From NCBI GenBank assembly GCA_002633005.1, contig NMRA01000923.1, positions 34,805-98,804 of the forward strand: a stretch of 64,000 nt of DNA. Reading direction: 5' to 3'. Below are positions 42,601 to 57,600 of this stretch, piece after piece. The notes under the pieces are model-generated. The model made no database searches and was not told the origin of the DNA. It saw nothing but the letters and a program-made list of their open reading frames with translations. This DNA is from Phoronis australis. Lineage: Eukaryota; Animalia; Phoronida. Each line of letters starts with the position of its first letter. Positions within the stretch are counted from its first letter, which is position 1. A program made the position numbers and the translations under genes.

Positions 42601-45600
42601 ACTAAAATATTAGGGAACTGATGAACGGGAAGGGAAGAAGAGAAAACGTTGAAGTCGCAAGAACAAAACCAAATGTACGTTAAGGTTTGATGAAAAATGG
42701 CAACTTGAAATATGAAGTAGTGGAAACAAAGATTGAGGTTTTTCTACAATAGCGCTGCATGTTGTTTTAATTGCCACGTGCCTTTAAAACAGTGGCCAAA
42801 TTTGGAGTAAAATTTTTAAAGTTAAGAAATGTTGCTTAAAATCATAAACAGGTTCTAGTAACATTGAAATGGTTATGTTGGATTTCTATTGGAGTTCGTA
42901 CTGAAGAAAGGAACTAAAAGACAGAACAAACATTTTTAAGAGAAAAAGGAACAAACATGAAGACTTAACATATGTTAGTTACAACCACACCTACGTCTAT
43001 TAAACTCTCTCAGTTAGGTTTGTTAATACACACCTCAACATTAACAACTAATGACAACACTAAGTGTTGGATGTTAAACATTGTTGACAAAACTGACAAA
43101 GTTGACACTAGGTGGCGACACATAACAGCACCATGTGAATCATGCTGCCTCTGAATCATGTCATATGTTTGTTTTGTGACCCATGTATGTGAGGAAAGCA
43201 TCAAAGGGAGTTCTCTTTCCCCAATTCTACAAAACTTTGCCTATTCACACTCAAAGAAACTATTCTCGGATGAAGATTAAATGATTAAAGCATTATTCAG
43301 AAGTGATAAGAAACAGAAAAATGCATGGATTCACAGGATAGTCCATGGTAAGGTAGCATTTCAGGAGCTTCGACACTGCGGTGACGAACTGGGCAATACT
43401 TACCAGACACTACACTAGGTGTCACCCCGGTATCTGAGCGTGAAAAGAAACGATATCAATGACACTGGTCGGCTGTGCAAGCTAGCGGAAATGCTGTCAC
43501 ACAGCGGTTAAGCCAGGGTTACTGACAGTTGTGAGCTCACACCAAATGGCAGGTTATTCAATTAACATTAAGTACGAAAATCGATCCAGTCAATGAAATA
43601 TAACATTAGCCTAAAGTGTGCTCAAAAAAGTTATGAAAAATACAAAATCGGAAAACAGGTAGAGCATGAATTGGCCAGGCACATTCCTACACGTCTTCAG
43701 TTTCAAAATTTATAACCTCGATTAAGCAACTATCATGCAGAGACAAATTACACAGACACACATTACACAGAGCCGCATCAATAGAATAAAAACTGCAGAG
43801 GCAATTCTAACATTAAACATTTCGTGCTCTGCTAGAAAGTATGAGACTTTATAGTATGCTACTGGTAGCTAGCAGTATTGAGTGACACAACCACTTGGTA
43901 AACCATAAAATCACTGGCACATATCTTAGTAATATCGAACCATTCGGTGAACCATAAAATCACTAGCACATATCTTAGTAATATCAACCATGCGGTGAAC
44001 CATAAAATCACTAGCACATATCTTAGTAATATAGTGCTTACTTACTACTTGAACTCCAGCTAAATTAGTTCTTATGAGAGTCAACATTGTTCAATGCTCA
44101 ACTGAAAGATATTGTCCTTAAAAATGGAACCAGTACCCACTCATACAGGGTCAGACGTGACAGAAATATTGGCAAATTATTTCAGCGAAAACGGTGTCAT
44201 TCGTCACTTCATTCGCTGGGCTATAAAAACACCTCAATCAACTCGCACAGGTTTAACTATTTGACAAGTTATGTATATTCTACACACAGGTAGGTGCATT
44301 TGTCAACCTGCAGATGGAATGTACATCATCCTACTCTAACTCAGTCAATGCCCAATAGATGTCGTTACACACTTGCCATGTTGTGACCTCTTGTTGACAA
44401 CACTGTGGTAAGTGAGCCACAATAGCATGGCTTCAACCCCAGGCTCAGCCATGAATCCAAAAAGGAAAATTGTGACTACACACATTAAGGATTCTTGAAT
44501 CCACATTTTAAATAGTTGAACACTCTCCCTGGTTCAAGAAATTTAAAACGGAAGAAAACGATAATCATCACACATATCCACTTGTTGATTCCCATGTTTC
44601 TCGCAAACTGTAAGTTTTCAAATCAGTAACAGAGTTTTCTCGGTTATTTCTTGACGCCTGACCATTTTTGTTTTCACCTGAGGTGTCCTAACGGACTTTC
44701 GGAGAACTCAAGTTGTATTATTACGTACACTATTTCTTAGTTGGCTATTCAGTTCAATATGACTAATGGGAAGTGTCGCTTGAAAAACTTGATTATGAAA
44801 CGGCAAAATTCTCATAAAAGATCTTTTTTGGACTGTTTGGAATTGCAAAGTTTCAATGCATGACACAGTGAGCGCAAGTGCTTTGAAAAAACACATCTAC
44901 AGACTCATTAAGGCAGAACTTGTTGGATTGTCCGTGTGCCTGTTTGTTGCTTGTTGTTGCTGCCCAAGGGACATGTGTCCAAACTGTGACAGCATATTTA
45001 TGTGTCTTGTGGCTATTCAGTGTTTACATGTGTGTGTCATAGGGAAGATAGTATTTATAAATATGCATTGACAGAGAATGTCTGATCTTGTTCAGATAGG
45101 AATGTTTGAAGCAAGTAAAACAGTCTGTGAAATGCCTTAGTTTAAAGGGGAATGCAACCGATTTTTATGTTTTTGTGTATGTTTTTGCTTGTTATTTTTT
45201 GACGTTTGGTTTAATAATACCTATAACCGTTATCTTGCCCGTTATCTTGGGGATATATTTTCCCTGTTAATTGCTTTTTCCCTAGTGTGTCTTACCATCA
45301 ATGGATCAGTAGCAAGGGATGTGAACAGCCAAGCTCTACACTAACGCCCAAACATCAAACACAATGTTCCACTTGCTCTAGAACAATGTCTGAGTCAGTT
45401 ATTTGTGTTTGCTCAATGGAGGTGAATGGAAACCAAGATGTGGGGGGCGGGTCTTTTGTTGGAACCTTTATGTCATTTTCTTTTCATGGATAGTAAGTAC
45501 CTGCTAAGGCAACACTAATTAACAAGGGAAAATTCTCCCTAAGGCAACCAAGGACCTTTATTACTAAAAGTAATATCAAAAACAGTAGCTTACCCTTAAA

Positions 45601-48600
45601 GCAGAAAAAGTTTGTGATAACTGCTATGTACCAAAATCACTAAGATTTCTTCAGCACGAAACTGTAATCCATGAAAGCAAATTTCTGAGGCAATCTTAGT
45701 TTCATTCTAGTTTTCACTTTTGAGGAGATCTTTTTAACAGTTTCTCTTGTGTCCTACCCTCACAAAAAATCATATTGACAAAAATTACCCAATCAATGAC
45801 AAGATCATCACAGAGATAATGTCCACCAACCCAATCTACAGTAGATCACCATTTCCTTGACTCTTTTTCTCAAATCTTACGACTGAAGGAGTAATTTACT
45901 CCTACATCCTCCTACTTAATAAATGCACAACAAAACTTGACAAAAGCACAGCGATAAACTGCGTACATTTTAATCATTTCATTTAAGCGTAAATAAATAT
46001 GCTTAATTGGAAAAGGCATTCACTTCGTACTATTCTCCAATGAACCATCCTTATGCTATATAAAATACTTATGGGATGATTATAAAATAACTTTAAAATG
46101 AATGGCTGTTTTGGTCAAGAAGCAGACATACCAGTTGCACCCAACACAAGCAGTCACATTCCACATCAAAATTTGATGACCTTTCCATTTGCTCAAAAAT
46201 CCTGGCCCAAAAATGCTATCGCTACTGAAGGAGGGGGTGGCCACTAACTGGGTGAATATTCTGCTTAAATGATAATTTCAACTTGAACAGGATGCTTTTT
46301 GCACTATTTTAAGACTCTGCAGGCAGGGTGGTACTTCTCCTGGGTTCTTTTTCACACAAGCACTCTTCAGATATCAGATCAGTTGGTCTTGGCCTTTAAA
46401 ATGGTTCATAACCCTGAATATCACAAAAAAACTCTTGAACATGTGAGACATGGCACAAGACATGTGAACCAAAACCTGATGATATCTTCAAGCTAATTTC
46501 ACATCAAGCTAATTTCACCTAAATTTCCAGACCTAAGACAATGTGATCTCATCAAACAGTTTACTGTTAAACAGCCAACCTTCTTTGGTACCAACATTTT
46601 GAAACCAAGGTTTATACACATTGTAACATCAGGCAACTGTTCCACATCATAATTACATAACAACTGACTGTGAATGGGACCTCTTCAAACAACTATTCCT
46701 GCACCTTAACCATTACTAGTAGCCCAGGTCAAAGTTCAAGTCAGATTTTAAGGTCTTTAATTTCTTAGTGATACAGTTATTAATCAGGTACTTTTAGGAA
46801 TCACATATCAGAGGGTAAATATGACCACAGACGGAATGCAATTAAGAAAGTAAAAAAATTTAGGTATCAACTCAGCTAAGGGTCATGCATTACAATCTTA
46901 TCTCTTGAAAGAAAATCCAATTTCCTTTAAACTTCCAAAATTAAGATGTTGCGCGTATGCTACAAAACAGGTGTTTCAAGCTTTGCAACAAGTCAATGAA
47001 CGGAGAGTATTTTAGACTGGACCCCAAGGCATCCAACATGTCAATGGTCTGCCATGTGGTTTTACTATCAGGGGGCAGAGTACTGTGACAGCATTCAGAG
47101 TGTGGCTATAAAATGTTGAGGAAATATTTGCACCCACACAAGGGATGTGGTGAGATAACCACATCTTTATTAATAACCTAGGGGAATTCTGTAATAGTCG
47201 ACTTTTCATGACGGTGCTCTCTAGAGTAATGAGAGCACGAAAGCCTGCTTCATACCGACTCTCAATCACTACATAATTGTCCATTCATTTACCACAGTGG
47301 TTCATTCATCAAAAAATACAAGAATAAATGCCACTGTCAGCCTCTCCCATTATTTGATTAGGTGGATTCACTAATTTGCTGTAAGTTTTTGACATCAGCT
47401 GGGATTGAAATCTCCCGCAGTCAATAGGAGCTGACTTCGCACACGCGGATTCTTCTTCTCAGGGGGAAAGTATGGAGCATCAGTGGTGTCTTTCAGGTAT
47501 GGATATTTCAAGGGCTTTGTCTTTTTTGTGAGCCATTATGGCGTCAGTGGAAATTTGCAGGCATTATGATAGTAGGAAAGGTGTTAAAACGTTGTTCATG
47601 CCAGGAAGTTAAAACCTCCCATCCGCATAACATGGGACCAAATTAAATGCTTCTCCAAGTTCAAGTTTTGTACAATAGCTACTGTCAGAAAAAGTTTTGA
47701 AAAATTGCTGGCATTCACAGTTACGACAGAAGCCAATGAAAAATGAAAAAAAAAACATGTTTGACAATTACTTTTGTCCGAAATTGGCAAGATTTTAGGG
47801 GTAACTCAGAAAACTGGAATCTGAGTTGTGAGAGATTCCGACAGCACAAGATGGTTAGAGTCCAGTGAACTTAGTGCAAGTATAACACATCGGTGTCTGC
47901 AACCATGCCACCTGCACCTGTTCTCCATTAGCCAAGGAATGCACAATGACCATGGCATCATGACTCTGGACAACATACCTCCCACAAACAAGTCTGATGG
48001 TCCAATCCTTGATATGCTGGAGTGCACAGAATGGTCATGATGCAATTGTGGGCAGTTCAGGGGCTATAAACAGGGCACTGTATAAATCATTGCTTTCCAC
48101 AGATTACTGGGTCAAAAGCTACTTTCGCATTATAGCCAGAGTTAGTCCAGACTAGTTACCAGGTCCAAACATATTTTAGATCACCTTTTCCACAAGATGG
48201 GATTAAGGTTCCGCTGTCCTAACATTAAAGCTAAAAGTTAAATACATTGACATGCCAACTCCCTCCAAATACTGCCATCAGGGCAGTCTGGAATTTAGTT
48301 TAGAAAACCAGGCAATCACTTGAGAACAGGCTCATTATTCAGTTTAAAATTGTAATAGAGAAAAAAAATTAGTGCAGGGTTCTAAATCTAAATCTAAATG
48401 TGTAACACAAAAGATCCTAATAGAGTGAGAAAGTGAAAAATGTCTTCATTTTTAAGCCACTCTTGTCTGAACACCATCAGCTTAATTTGTAGGACCATAA
48501 AATTCCATCCACCTAACAAAGATGTGTGGTTTACTTAGGAATTTTGACTGTCCCACAGTAAGTCAGCTGTCTAATTGAGAGACTAGTCTCAGTCAGAGGA

Positions 48601-51600
48601 ACCTATCTATTGAACACAAAAGAATGGATAAAGCTTGGACTATGCACCAATATTGGTAGAAACAAAAACTTATTTATAATCCAATGCATGTTTTGTCCCT
48701 CCTAAGTACAAACTAACACATTGCTTATGATATGGTAGCTATCATGAATCACACCACAATCACAAAAATCCTTGTTGACTCATCCTGAGAAGGTGTCATG
48801 CGTGTCGTACCTGGTAATCAGGTGAGAATTATTTTAGCCAAGTTATGATGTCTACAGATTTCAGCAAGACAAATAAAGGATGCACTTCTATGTTTGTAAA
48901 TAGGATGATTGAACACACTGCATTCTTGAACCAAGAGATTTAATGGTTGCCTAAAATCACATGTCAGTGTTTGTTTAGTGTCAATGCTATGTTTACTAAT
49001 TGCTAATTTTAATGTCTAATTGTGGCACAGATAGGGGCTCTCAAGGCGGGAGTCCAGCTGCAGTGAGATAGTGTTGAGAAGGTAAACATAACTGAAATGA
49101 CCCTTACTGATTAGGAGCTAATTAATGTTAGTAAAATAAATAAACTTTCATTTGCTACAGGCAATAACTGAGTTGGAAAATTGGAAAATTGGATAAGACG
49201 GATTAAATAGTCGAGCTGCCACAAATAGTACCAACTAAAAGTAGATTATGAATCTCAAAAAACTTGGTGACAAAAACACTGTAATTCAAACTACAGTCTG
49301 AAAGTCTTCACTTTTTTCTCTAAACCCGCGGCCACGGCAGGAGATACAGGTAATGTTTGAGGGACTTTAGGGAGCTCATTCATTTTACTGCCATAATAAA
49401 GAAAATTATTAATTTTTAGTTTCCATAAGATCTTGTGTTGTTTCATTGTTTTGTGGAAGATTCACCACATAAAAACATCATCATGCCATTACTTCATAAG
49501 ATGGCCACTGGACAGCATCACTGCTGACCACTCCACTTTCAGTCACTTACGGTCTTCTTGAGACTTGAAACGGAAAACAAGTGAGGCTTACCACGTACCC
49601 ATACATCCAAAAAGAGGTTCAGAGGGATCGCAGAAAACACAAGACTTGTCCTTAAATTCACGTGATTAGGGTGATTACATTAAAGTAACAAAATGCCAGA
49701 TACAGTCTTCTGACATCTACATATCATAACTTTACATATATGGATCATAACTAGCCCACTTATGCAACTTACAATTTATTTCCATACATGTTCCAGGTCA
49801 GAATTTTCAAGTTGAAGCAACATATCACGAAGTGGATTGTAAACTCCCATGTACTAAGTTGTTTTAGACCCCTAAATCAAGTCAAGTGATTGATGTAAAA
49901 ACAACGGAAATTAGCAAGTGGTTAAATTAAGGATATGCCACTAGAGAACTAACAGAGAAAATAATGATAGTTTAAAAAACCACAGACATAAGACAGGTTA
50001 CCCCCAGATGTCAGAAAACAGGAGAATTTAAGTGAGACCATGTTGAGAAGAATCACTGGGATAATTGAATTAAAACATCCTGGAACCCCACATGAAGAAC
50101 ACCTTGGGTATTAAACTGCAAATTGGGGTGGATTCCAAACCAATGATCCATGTGTTTCATATTTTGTATGGCTTCAAAATCACCCTGAGCAATGTTGCTG
50201 ATTGTTTTCAATGTTGACCTAGCGAAAACCTCACAGACAGTGAGAAGTTTGATGTGTTTACAAAAGGGTAGTGCAGTATCAGCAGTTATCTCAATAAAAA
50301 ACAGTTTGTGTGAAAGGAACTGTTATCAAATGTTCAAAAAATCCACTTAAGGTGTAAGCGGACAATGCGAGGGAAACACTAGCATCTATCTTTTTGGTTT
50401 ACAGTAACTGAGCTAGACAGTTACACCTGATGAATTTAGAGCGAGATTTACAGTCTAAACTGTTCACCAAGGTTTACATCACTCTAACACCTTAAAATAT
50501 TTAATACTGGTTCACCATATGGTTATGTCATTAGACCCAATACAACCTAGGCTACCAGCAGTTTGTCCGAATGTATTTTATGGATGAACATGAAGCTGTA
50601 CATGTTTGACGAAAGGCAAGCACGCTTTTCATGCCTTTCAGATCAGCCCCACTGCCTTACTGCATTGGAGCTTTCACTGCTACGAGATGCTATTTTTGCA
50701 ATGCGTGAAGAAAAAACACCATTAAGGGTTAACCAGTCACGCACACAATATATGATGTACTCTTAGTATAAACGGAAATCGTATCAACATTTTCACAAGT
50801 GTACAAACCACTTTTAAGCATTCCCCCACCCCTAGTCCCACCTGGCTATGCACTCCCTCCCCAAAACTGCACAAGAAAACACTGACAACAAGCTCCACTA
50901 GAGGTCTGAAACTTGGCGCCAGTCTCAAGCCTCTCAAGCCTGTATAGGCATAAATAACATCACATTATTGTTCAATTATTGTGCAACGGGATTATAGTGG
51001 AATGCCATTTTGTGAAACAGTCACAGGACGAAGGCCAGTCAGGTGGATCCACTCACATTTTCCTAGGTGTCCACATTGTTCAATTTTACACTAGAAATCA
51101 ACACAAGAGTGGTGGAGTCTCCCACACTTTGTACTGACCAAGAGTTCACTAGTGCTTTTTACAACATTTTCACACAGTGTTTGTTGCCCCATTAACACAG
51201 TTTGTACACTCGTGAAAATTTCAGAATCTGCCTTTTTGATAAACAAAAACATCAAAATACTGATTGGACGACGGTACATACCTCCCAATTCTTGTAGAGC
51301 GAACCCTTCATCACTAACACCCAAATCACCAAGGCGACCTCTCTGGACAGCATCCTTTAAAATCCCACTTACTGCATCTTTGCTATTGCCACCAACTGAC
51401 CCTAAGTCAAAAGTGACCATCACAGATCCTTTGCTGGAAAACAATTAAGTCAATAAGCCTTTTATCCTCAACAACTTAAAAACATTTACAGTCAATCAGT
51501 TTTAACACCAACGGTTTAAATGTTGGAGCAGGCAAAAAAAATAGAATTGCCACTACTGGGCACCATACCAGTTGGATTTGCACGAAATTCACCAACAGCT

Positions 51601-54600
51601 GTGCTCTGCGGTAACAAGAACTCCAAATTTCATAAAGACCCATTATTGAACTTGGTTGATAATGAGGTATAATTACCAGTAGGAAGACCTCCAAGATTTG
51701 TACATGATTTTTCAAGCAGGGTAGACACCAAAAAACGAAAACATATTTAAAAAGGGCTACTAGGGGGTGAAGAAAGAAGACAAATCCATCTAAAACTGAG
51801 CAGGTGTCGTCACCTCCTTCATAAAAACTTATCTGCCATATTTCATGAAAATCTATTGAGAACCTTGGTAAATTTTGAGGCCTACACAAAAGAAAACCTT
51901 AATTGCCACTAGGTGACGCCACAGTAGAAGTAGTAGCCCAAACTAAACATCAGCTGTGCTCTCAATAGGAACAAACATACCAATTTTCAAGAAAATACAT
52001 CAAGGAACTTAGTGAGGCAGAAACAAAATTGGCACTAGGGGCTGCCAGAGTAGACCTGTCCAAATAAATCAATTTTAGCCCAGTACGAGCACATACACAA
52101 AATTTCATGAAGATCTGTTAAAGAAATCCTTAGATATTGAGGCAAAGACAAAAAAGAAAATGAATTGCCACAGTGGTCAGATCCTATCATAGTGATAATT
52201 TGAGCGGCTTAGCAGATAGAGAGGTGGATGACACAGACAGACTCAAAACCAATACGAGAGCAATACGAAGCGTTGAAATGCACCTCCGACTGCACCGTAT
52301 ACAGAATGCTTCTAGGGGTGTTTAATAGTACCACAGAAATGACAACAAGATGGAAAGGCATCGCCGCCTCCCAAATAAAAAACTAATTGCCACAAACATA
52401 CGGAGGCAACTACACATTATTTGGACCTGTGCAAAAAATCAACATCAGCCATGGCCTTCACATCTGCCAATTTTCATAATGATCACTTGAGCATGTTGAG
52501 GGATAGACACCAAAAAAATGGATTTAAAATATGCCACCAGATGGTGCCGAATATGCCATATTCTTCTAAAAATGGAATGGCAACACCATCGAAGCCTGTT
52601 CATGACGATCCATCAAGGAAGATAGACGCGAATGCAAAAAAATAAATTGTCAGTAGGGCGCACAGCCGTAGTTGGTTGGATTGGTCGAAAACTCACAGTC
52701 ATCTGTTGTCAACTTCATAGGCGCATAAATGTCATTGAGATCCTGCAAGGGGTTTAGAAAATACAGCAATGGATGCCAATGGACATAAGACACCCAGAGA
52801 GAGATGGCTATTACGCACCCACGTGTGTACATGTGGGTGCATCAAAAATGACCACTAGAAAGCACAGATTACATGCAATTCATGGAATTCACTTGAAACT
52901 GGAAATGTGTCATCAAAAATAGAAATCTATTTGCTAAATTTCATAAAAATCCGTCAAGGAACTTGGCAGACACAGAGGTAAATGTACACAAATATAATTG
53001 CAAATATATTAGTAATTGCCACCAGAGGTGATCAGATGGATGCAATGTCATAGTCATCTATCGCCAGCTTTATACAAGGAACACGTCTCCCAAATTTCAT
53101 ACTGATCCTACAAAAGACTAAGGAGATACAGCAGTGGACGCTGGGCCAGACGTGGAGCATCTAACATGGGTGGCGACAATATATGTAGTGCATATGCACG
53201 CACACACATGCATATCGATGAGGGACTAACAACACCACGAGGTCAGCAAGGCTGTCTCACCTAAATGACAACACAGTGACAGTCTGTTCACCAGGAACAT
53301 CAGCATATAGGTCCTCTATACTTTTCTTAACTTGCCCAGCTCTGTTCCTAAATTCACTGCTGCTTGTGTCGAGTAATGATGGAGTGAATGGGAAGCTGGT
53401 GACGTTTACTGTAGCACGGAAAAAATCTGCAATGGAGAGAAAACATCAACTAGACGTGCAATTTCTGGAATTCCGACACTACCATAAAATCTGACCGATT
53501 AAGGATAGAATGTTGAGGACAAGTGAAATTTTATTTAACACTTTTTTCATAAAAAAACTTGCACCAAAGTGATATCTTACCATTTTCAAGCCCTGTACAG
53601 TATTTTGAAATACTGTGGGCATTCACGGTAATAGTCGGACATACATGTAAGGTGTCTGCATTTTGCGAACCAGTTCTCTCCACTAAATAACAGGCATCAA
53701 ACTCAGGTCTTCAAAATGTGGGCACATTTTATCCGACTAATGTCGACATTCACAACTTTAAACGTTTTTGAAAAACGAGTAATAGACAATTCTGACAATT
53801 ACTTCGTGGAAATGGGATTTTACTGTAAGCCCAAAATATGACGTATGTGTTGCCTTTCTAGTACCCCAAAATATAAGCCCGGGTGTACTTTCGAAAACCA
53901 GGGAAACGGAGAAGGTGCCCATGACACTGACATGTACCAATATGTGTAGCTATAAGTGCCTGACTGACATGTACCAATATGTGTAGCTATGAGTGCCTGA
54001 CTGACATGTACCAATATGTGTAGCTATGAGTGCCTGACTGACATGAACCAATATGTGTAGCTATGAGTGCCTGACTGACATGGACCAATACGTGTAGCTA
54101 TGAGTGCCTGACTGATTGACATGACCAATATGTGTAGCTATGAGTGCCTGACTGACATGGACCAATATGTGTAGCTATGAGTGCCTGACTGACATGTACC
54201 AATATGTGTAGCTATGAGTACCTGACTGACATGGACCAACACGTGTAGCTATGAGTACCTGACTGATTGACATGACCAATATGTGTAGCTATGAGTGCCT
54301 GACTGACATGGACCAACACGTGTAGCTATGAGTGCCTGACTGATTGACATGACCAATATGTGTAGCTATGAGTGCCTGACTGACATGGACCAATGAGTGT
54401 ATAGTATACTAATACTGATACTATCACTTTTGATTTTAGAACAGTCAAGAAACTGCTGATATAAACTATGTTCTGCTTCTCATGAAGCACTGTTTATTAC
54501 TTGACACTTGCTGCCACTAATCATTTTAGGGAACCCTACAAGCCATAGTGTTTAAAATCGGCAATTTCATATCAAAAACACCAAAAAGCTAACCCGCCAG

Positions 54601-57600
54601 TCTGCAGCTGTCAAATTAGAACACCTGTATTTCCGCAAACACTATCTGACGATATGTTAATTAGCTGATCTCGAGTTACAAGCATTTATTGGTCGATACA
54701 TATATTACGTATATTACGTAGAATCAGGACCACCAATCACAGCATTAGTCATCCTCCATTGCATTCAGTGTAAAATGTTGACACATTAAGCTGCTGTTTT
54801 CCCCCTGGTTTGTGGTATAATACAGAATGGCGTGGCGTTGCCATTGTTTTTGACAACTCAGCACTTGAGTACAGTGTGGTTCTTTTCACTTTGCAGTGGG
54901 ACATCACAGAAGTGTAGATATGACACAAGTTTGTACATACAAGAAACTCGTGTGTTGGTAGACATGACACACTGGTGCTGGGTACATTCGTACACCACAC
55001 TTATGTCCATAGAGCTAAGAAACTTTTGTTCTTCTATTTTCTAGATTTTGGGACATTGAATTCCCGGTTGTGCTATAACTGTAGTCACTTGTCAAAGCAC
55101 TTTAATTATGGCTCAGATTCAGTAATTTTTATTGTTTCAATTGCTAACGAATGGACGATGGTGAATATATCAACAAGTATGTTTATCTGTCATATTTATT
55201 TTGTGCAGTGAATTCATTAACAGGTAACTATGTCATCCTGTGTTCCAGTACTTGCATACTAACTGGTGAACCAGATCCAAACTAGAAATTTTTGGTTATA
55301 TGGCGAGTCCTTGCCATGTGTTTGAGCACTACATGTGTATCTTTAATTTCCTGAGAAAGAAAAATTTGCTAACAGCTGCTGAGTGACCATTCCTTAAAAT
55401 GGGCATAACGTGAGTTCGTTGACCAGGAAAGGGCAAACAATAGGGGCGTGTACAAATAATGAATGGGGCTTGTGAATAATGATAATGACCAGTTCCCTAC
55501 ATTGGGCCCATATTCCTCCAGTGAAGTTAACCAATGGGTCAACAAGACAAGAATGAGAATGCTACCAAGTTTACAAGTTGCTGCCACCAAGATCCCCAGA
55601 CATTACACAACTTTCAATCTAGAAGATGAACCAAGGTATACTGTCCATAAATGCATCATATAATTTGCAAAATATCCCCCCAGGCTTATGAATAGACCAT
55701 CCAATCTGTGATGTGTCCACATGTTTAGTTTGTTATAGACAGATCAAGTAATGTTGGTCTATGGAATTAAACTCAGAGGGTCTAGTCTAGGATAAAAAAC
55801 ACATTGGTTTTTACAAGAGGAAATGCCGGAAGGCAACACCCTTTGTGGAAGTACTGTGCCAAATATTTATCAACTGACTTCTCACCAGGGTGAAAAGTGT
55901 TGCAAAATATACCAGTACATCGTTAACTTTGTGATGGATTAGCTCGCTTTTTATAGTCAAAACAAAAAGCTCCAGACAAGAAAAAACAGTTATGAGAAAA
56001 AACACCCCAAAGTTATTGTTTTTCTGGTCACTTAAAAACTTTCAACATAAAAAAAGCGAGCCAGGCTATCTACCTGACACAACTGAATGTACCAAAATAG
56101 TATAATTTTTAGCTAACTTCAAACATTAGCTAGAAACTTTCAACCAAAGACTCCTCGGTCACGCAAAGTACAGATACAGTTACAGTGGCCACAAAAAATG
56201 ACAGGACATAGACAAAATCCGACTTTCGAAATGAAATTTTAAAATTTGTTTTGCCTAAATCTTTTTTCTCAGGTGGAGTGATGTCAATCATAAGATGAAA
56301 TTGACAAGGACATCTTTGGTTATGAAATTTATATTTACACAACTACATGTAAATGTCAGAAAAGTTTCATAAGAATGAGACTTTAGTCTAACATATTATC
56401 TAAACATACACTTTTGTTAAGCAAAGCTGTTGATGCCAGATTCACCCTTATGACACCCTATTATCAGTACATATTGAAAGGATCCAATTGACAGTTCACA
56501 GAAAGAAATAAACTGTCTTGGAAACTAACCTTCAAAATGTTATCAGGTGCCACCACTTTGGTCAAACTTACTTTAAGATGTAGACCAGAACAAAAACTTC
56601 AGAACCTAATGTAATTTGGTAATGCAGTATCCACTGAGTTGAACTTTGAATGAAAAGTACCTTGACATGGACTACCACCCAATGTTAGAAACAGAAAGGA
56701 TGGAACAGGTGCACATGATTGTGAAACTAGACACACATGGGCTGAGTTGGGTTATAAGCCAGTTAACCTGTGTATGGTAAATGTCTGAATGTGTCAGGAG
56801 AGTTTGCATTCCCTCGCTGATTGTGCATACAGTATGTTCACATGTTTTTGCATTTGTTCAAAGACATTTGACTGAGCTGCTATTATTTAGACTGTAACAC
56901 TACCTCTGCCTACTACAACCACTGGGTACAACCAGGCACACGTGTAGAATGATGTGCACACTATGGTTATCCTGAAAAAATTTCCCAAAGAGCAGCTTGT
57001 CGAGAACCTACACTTGACACACAACACAGACACCAAGAAAGTCACCACTATGTTCATTCCGAGCATTTAAAACTGTGCATTTTTGGATAGCTGTCCATCT
57101 TGTGCAATGCCAGCAGAAGATGGTTTGTGTTGCTACTGAAGGGATGAACAAAATTTGTTATGATTAGAAATTAGTGTAGCAGTATAGTGAAGGCACTGTA
57201 CATAGATGATGGTATGCAAATGTACAGGTGGGGGATAGGCTACTCATCAACAGGTTTGCCATCACACTGCCACTTGCACCGAGGCAAGTTAGCCCAGACC
57301 CTGGTTTAATAATGGAAAACGGAAGGAATTCACTGAATCTCGACTGCATTCACAAAATTAATAAGAGATTTTGAACGGAATTTATAGAATTCAATAGCAG
57401 ATATGATAATTCTAGAATTTTTGGTTTGTAATTACGAAAATTTAAGAATATAATCCATGGAATTCCTAAATATTTTGGAAACAAATCAATCACGATGGTT
57501 TTGCAGCAAACATGTTCAAATAGTTGTTCTTTCTTCCTGAAGTTGGCGCTGTTCTTTTACCGGTTTTGAGAAACAATAAACATGGCCTACACCAAGATAT

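Noticed and set aside
49551-49563. Pyrimidine tract followed by a gtaagt donor
   Set aside because: 13 nt is frameshifting; a 6-nt version cannot be supported without reads.
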